Below the pieces are notes generated by a model that searched no databases, was not told the origin of the DNA, and was given only the letters and a program-made list of their open reading frames with translations. Both the position numbers and the translations under genes were made by a program. From positions 1 to 63,747 of the forward strand of contig MEDY01000142.1 in assembly GCA_001724265.1 (NCBI GenBank): a stretch of DNA of 63,747 nucleotides, given 5' to 3'. Positions 61,714 through 63,747 of the stretch are shown here, in pieces. Within the stretch, counting starts at the first letter, position 1. Every line of letters begins with the position of its first letter. Source of the stretch: Rhizaria sp. SCN 62-66. Taxonomy: Eukaryota.

Positions 61714-62166
61714 AGTCGGCCACACCTGATAGTCACAATATTCCAGAGTGCGAATAAAGGGAAAGAAAGTGACAAAGTAAGAGATGTGCCAATGTGCTGT
61801 TAAATTTCGTGCTGACGATCAGAATATCGCTAGGTTGAGGTGCCGCGATAGGTGCTCATGGCTTCAACCGCAACTCGCCGACGCTGGCTCACGTTAGTAG
61901 GTCGTTGGGTGCCGTTTCTCTGTGGATTTCCTGTGAGAGAGTCCCTTTATGTAAAATCTCGCGCGTAACATGATACTATCCTCTCCTCTCCAACCTCAAT
62001 GATAAGGCGAAAATTGATATTTTGCGCGCTCTCTTGGAGCCTCACATCACCAATCCCACAACCCCGCCAGCCCCGCCCGTCTTCCTGATTCACTGTTCCC
62101 TTGCGATATCATTTTTCACCGCCTTGTTAACCTCTGTTCCTCAGCGTCACGTGTACCGTGTGACCA

Positions 62167-63747
62167 ATGAGCGGCAGGAACTTGCACAGTTCGCTCCCAG
62201 CGAAGCTGGCGAGCCGAGTGCGGGGGCCTCATCAACAGCGTGACAAGAATGCTTCATCTGCTGATGACGTCAACAACTCTACTAGTGGCAACAACGGCCG
62301 CAGCAGCCATACACCGCGTATCAGGAGGTTTTTGCCACAGGACGACGACGACTCCACAAAATAGCGCAACAACATTGTCAGCCAGTCCCGCTACCCCAAG
62401 CCGAACACCAACATTAAGCCGTATGCTGTTGGCGCCGGCGACGCTTGTCATGGTCGCAAAAGGCTGGGTCCTCATCATAAGGCGTTGCATGACTCTGACC
62501 CTGACTCGGATGAATCAGACTCAGACTCTGGTGCTGGCGCTGCCGACTCACAGCCTCGCTCTCGCTCTGGCGTTGGCTCGGAAATCACCGCCACTGTAAA
62601 GCGTCCCCGCCCTGCCCCAATCACTACCGCTCGGCCCGAGTCGCAAATCGTGGTGTTGGCCAGGGCAAACGTCGACCTTGCAGAGAAGACTCTCCTCGCG
62701 AGCCAGACTGCGATTACAAACGCGTCGACTACGTCGGAGATCGAACGGCTACGAAGTCTGGCCCAGGTTGCTTCAGCCTAGTATGCGAGGTAGAGGGCTG
62801 AGCTCCATAAGGTGGTGGCCCAGGACAAGCTCAATCTGGCTAAGGAAGCTGTTGAGCGTGTGATGACGCTTATGACTGCTGCAAGTGCTGCTGCGGCCAA
62901 CGAAGCAATGGCTAAACTTGTTGCTGACCAAGCTGTAGCTGAAGCTCAAGTTAAGAAGGCTGAAGACAATCTTAGGAGGGCTTACTCTGAAGTCACGGTT
63001 GCGCAGGCTCGCGTGTCTGTAGCTAAAGCTCAAGATTCCTTTAGCAGGGCTTATGACCGTGTGAACGAGCTGGAATCTAGCCTCGTGCTAAATAATGCCG
63101 AGTCAGTGAAGAAGTTGAATGTGGCTCAGGATCTGCTCTAGGCTGCCAGGGCTAATGTGAGGACGGCCAATAATGATCTTGAGGTAACTCTTGAGCGAGC
63201 TCAGGCGGCGGAGGGTAAAACTGCTCAGGCGGCGGAGGATAAAGCTGCGAAGGCGGCGCAGGATAAAGCTGCGATGGCGGCGGAGGATAAAGCTGCTAAG
63301 ACAGTTAAGGCTACCAATGCGGCAGTCAATGACAAAGATGCAGTTTTCGAAGCTCAAGCGAGGCTTTGGAAGTATCTCAAAAGTGATCACGTCGCTCAGC
63401 ACGTGCTTACTAAAGAGCTTTCGCATGTGCGGATGACCACTATCCCCAATGACGCGCGCTGGTTTTTCACCGGTAAAAGCTCTTCGTGGCACACTCTCGT
63501 GACTCGGAAAAAGTACGATGACGTATACAGGCTGGTAATGCGCAAGTTCTCGCTCAACATTGCCGCTAAGGCGTCTCGCACAGCTCCGGCTTCTTTATGT
63601 AACGCGATCGTTTTGATTGGGCCTGCTGGCACTGGCAAAACGTCGTCGCTGAACAAACTGGTGTTGCTCGCTGCGGAGATGGGTAACGTGAACGTGGTCT
63701 GCCAACACGGTCGTCAGCCGGAGGCACTTGTGCTCGGCTGTCGTGGC
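62167..63747 (+). CDS. Coiled-coil plus P-loop NTPase protein (Crinkler/RHS-type NTPase-like), 3'-truncated; four in-frame TAGs at 62362, 62779, 62791 and 63139
   Basis: A single frame of 527 codons with no TAA or TGA. After the last TAG: LVTRKKYDDVYRLV..NAIVLIGPAGTGKTSSL (Walker A). Confidence 0.75.
63199..63294 (+). repeat. 24-bp imperfect coding tandem repeat x4 (AQAAEGKT/AQAAEDKA/AKAAQDKA/AMAAEDKA)
   Basis: Directly visible; the unit is approximately GCTCAGGCGGCGGAGGATAAAGCT. Confidence 0.85.

Noticed and set aside
13648-63141. Interpreting the TAG-containing genes as pseudogenes
   Set aside because: Seven unrelated genes are interrupted only by TAG and never by TAA or TGA. Catalytic motifs are intact, and only one gene shows a frameshift.
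1-63747. tRNA (including a CUA-anticodon tRNA), rRNA, CRISPR array or transposase
   Set aside because: GTTCG-like words (for example near 10451 and 20428) lack cloverleaf context by eye. The repeats seen are coding tandem or triplet repeats without spacers. A covariance-model search is still needed to exclude ncRNAs.

Overview
Eukaryotic nuclear DNA from a GC-rich, probably flagellated protist; the lineage cannot be fixed from sequence alone. About 20 tightly packed protein-coding genes with very high GC3 are separated by short AT-richer spacers. They include CYFIP, a LigB/DODA dioxygenase, CFAP97-like, NELF-A-like, MCM6, RRP12, an SLC35B4/YEA4-like transporter, acylphosphatase, two kinases, CBF5/dyskerin, a DHHC palmitoyltransferase, a SpoU-like protein and a P-loop NTPase. 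Main discovery: the genome appears to use a non-standard nuclear genetic code in which UAG is a sense codon, most likely Gln, while UAA and UGA remain stops. I find 10 clear in-frame TAGs plus 1 probable in 7 genes. One lies inside a CAG/CAA polyQ tract and several lie upstream of conserved motifs. All 13 genes without an internal TAG end in TAA or TGA. The supplied standard-code ORF track therefore fragments several genes. Also notable: 13 inferred introns, all 142-206 nt with a near-invariant GTACG donor; a bacterial PknB-type kinase carrying introns; and pervasive huge low-complexity insertions inside conserved domains. Family assignments come from motif recognition by eye, not from database searches.
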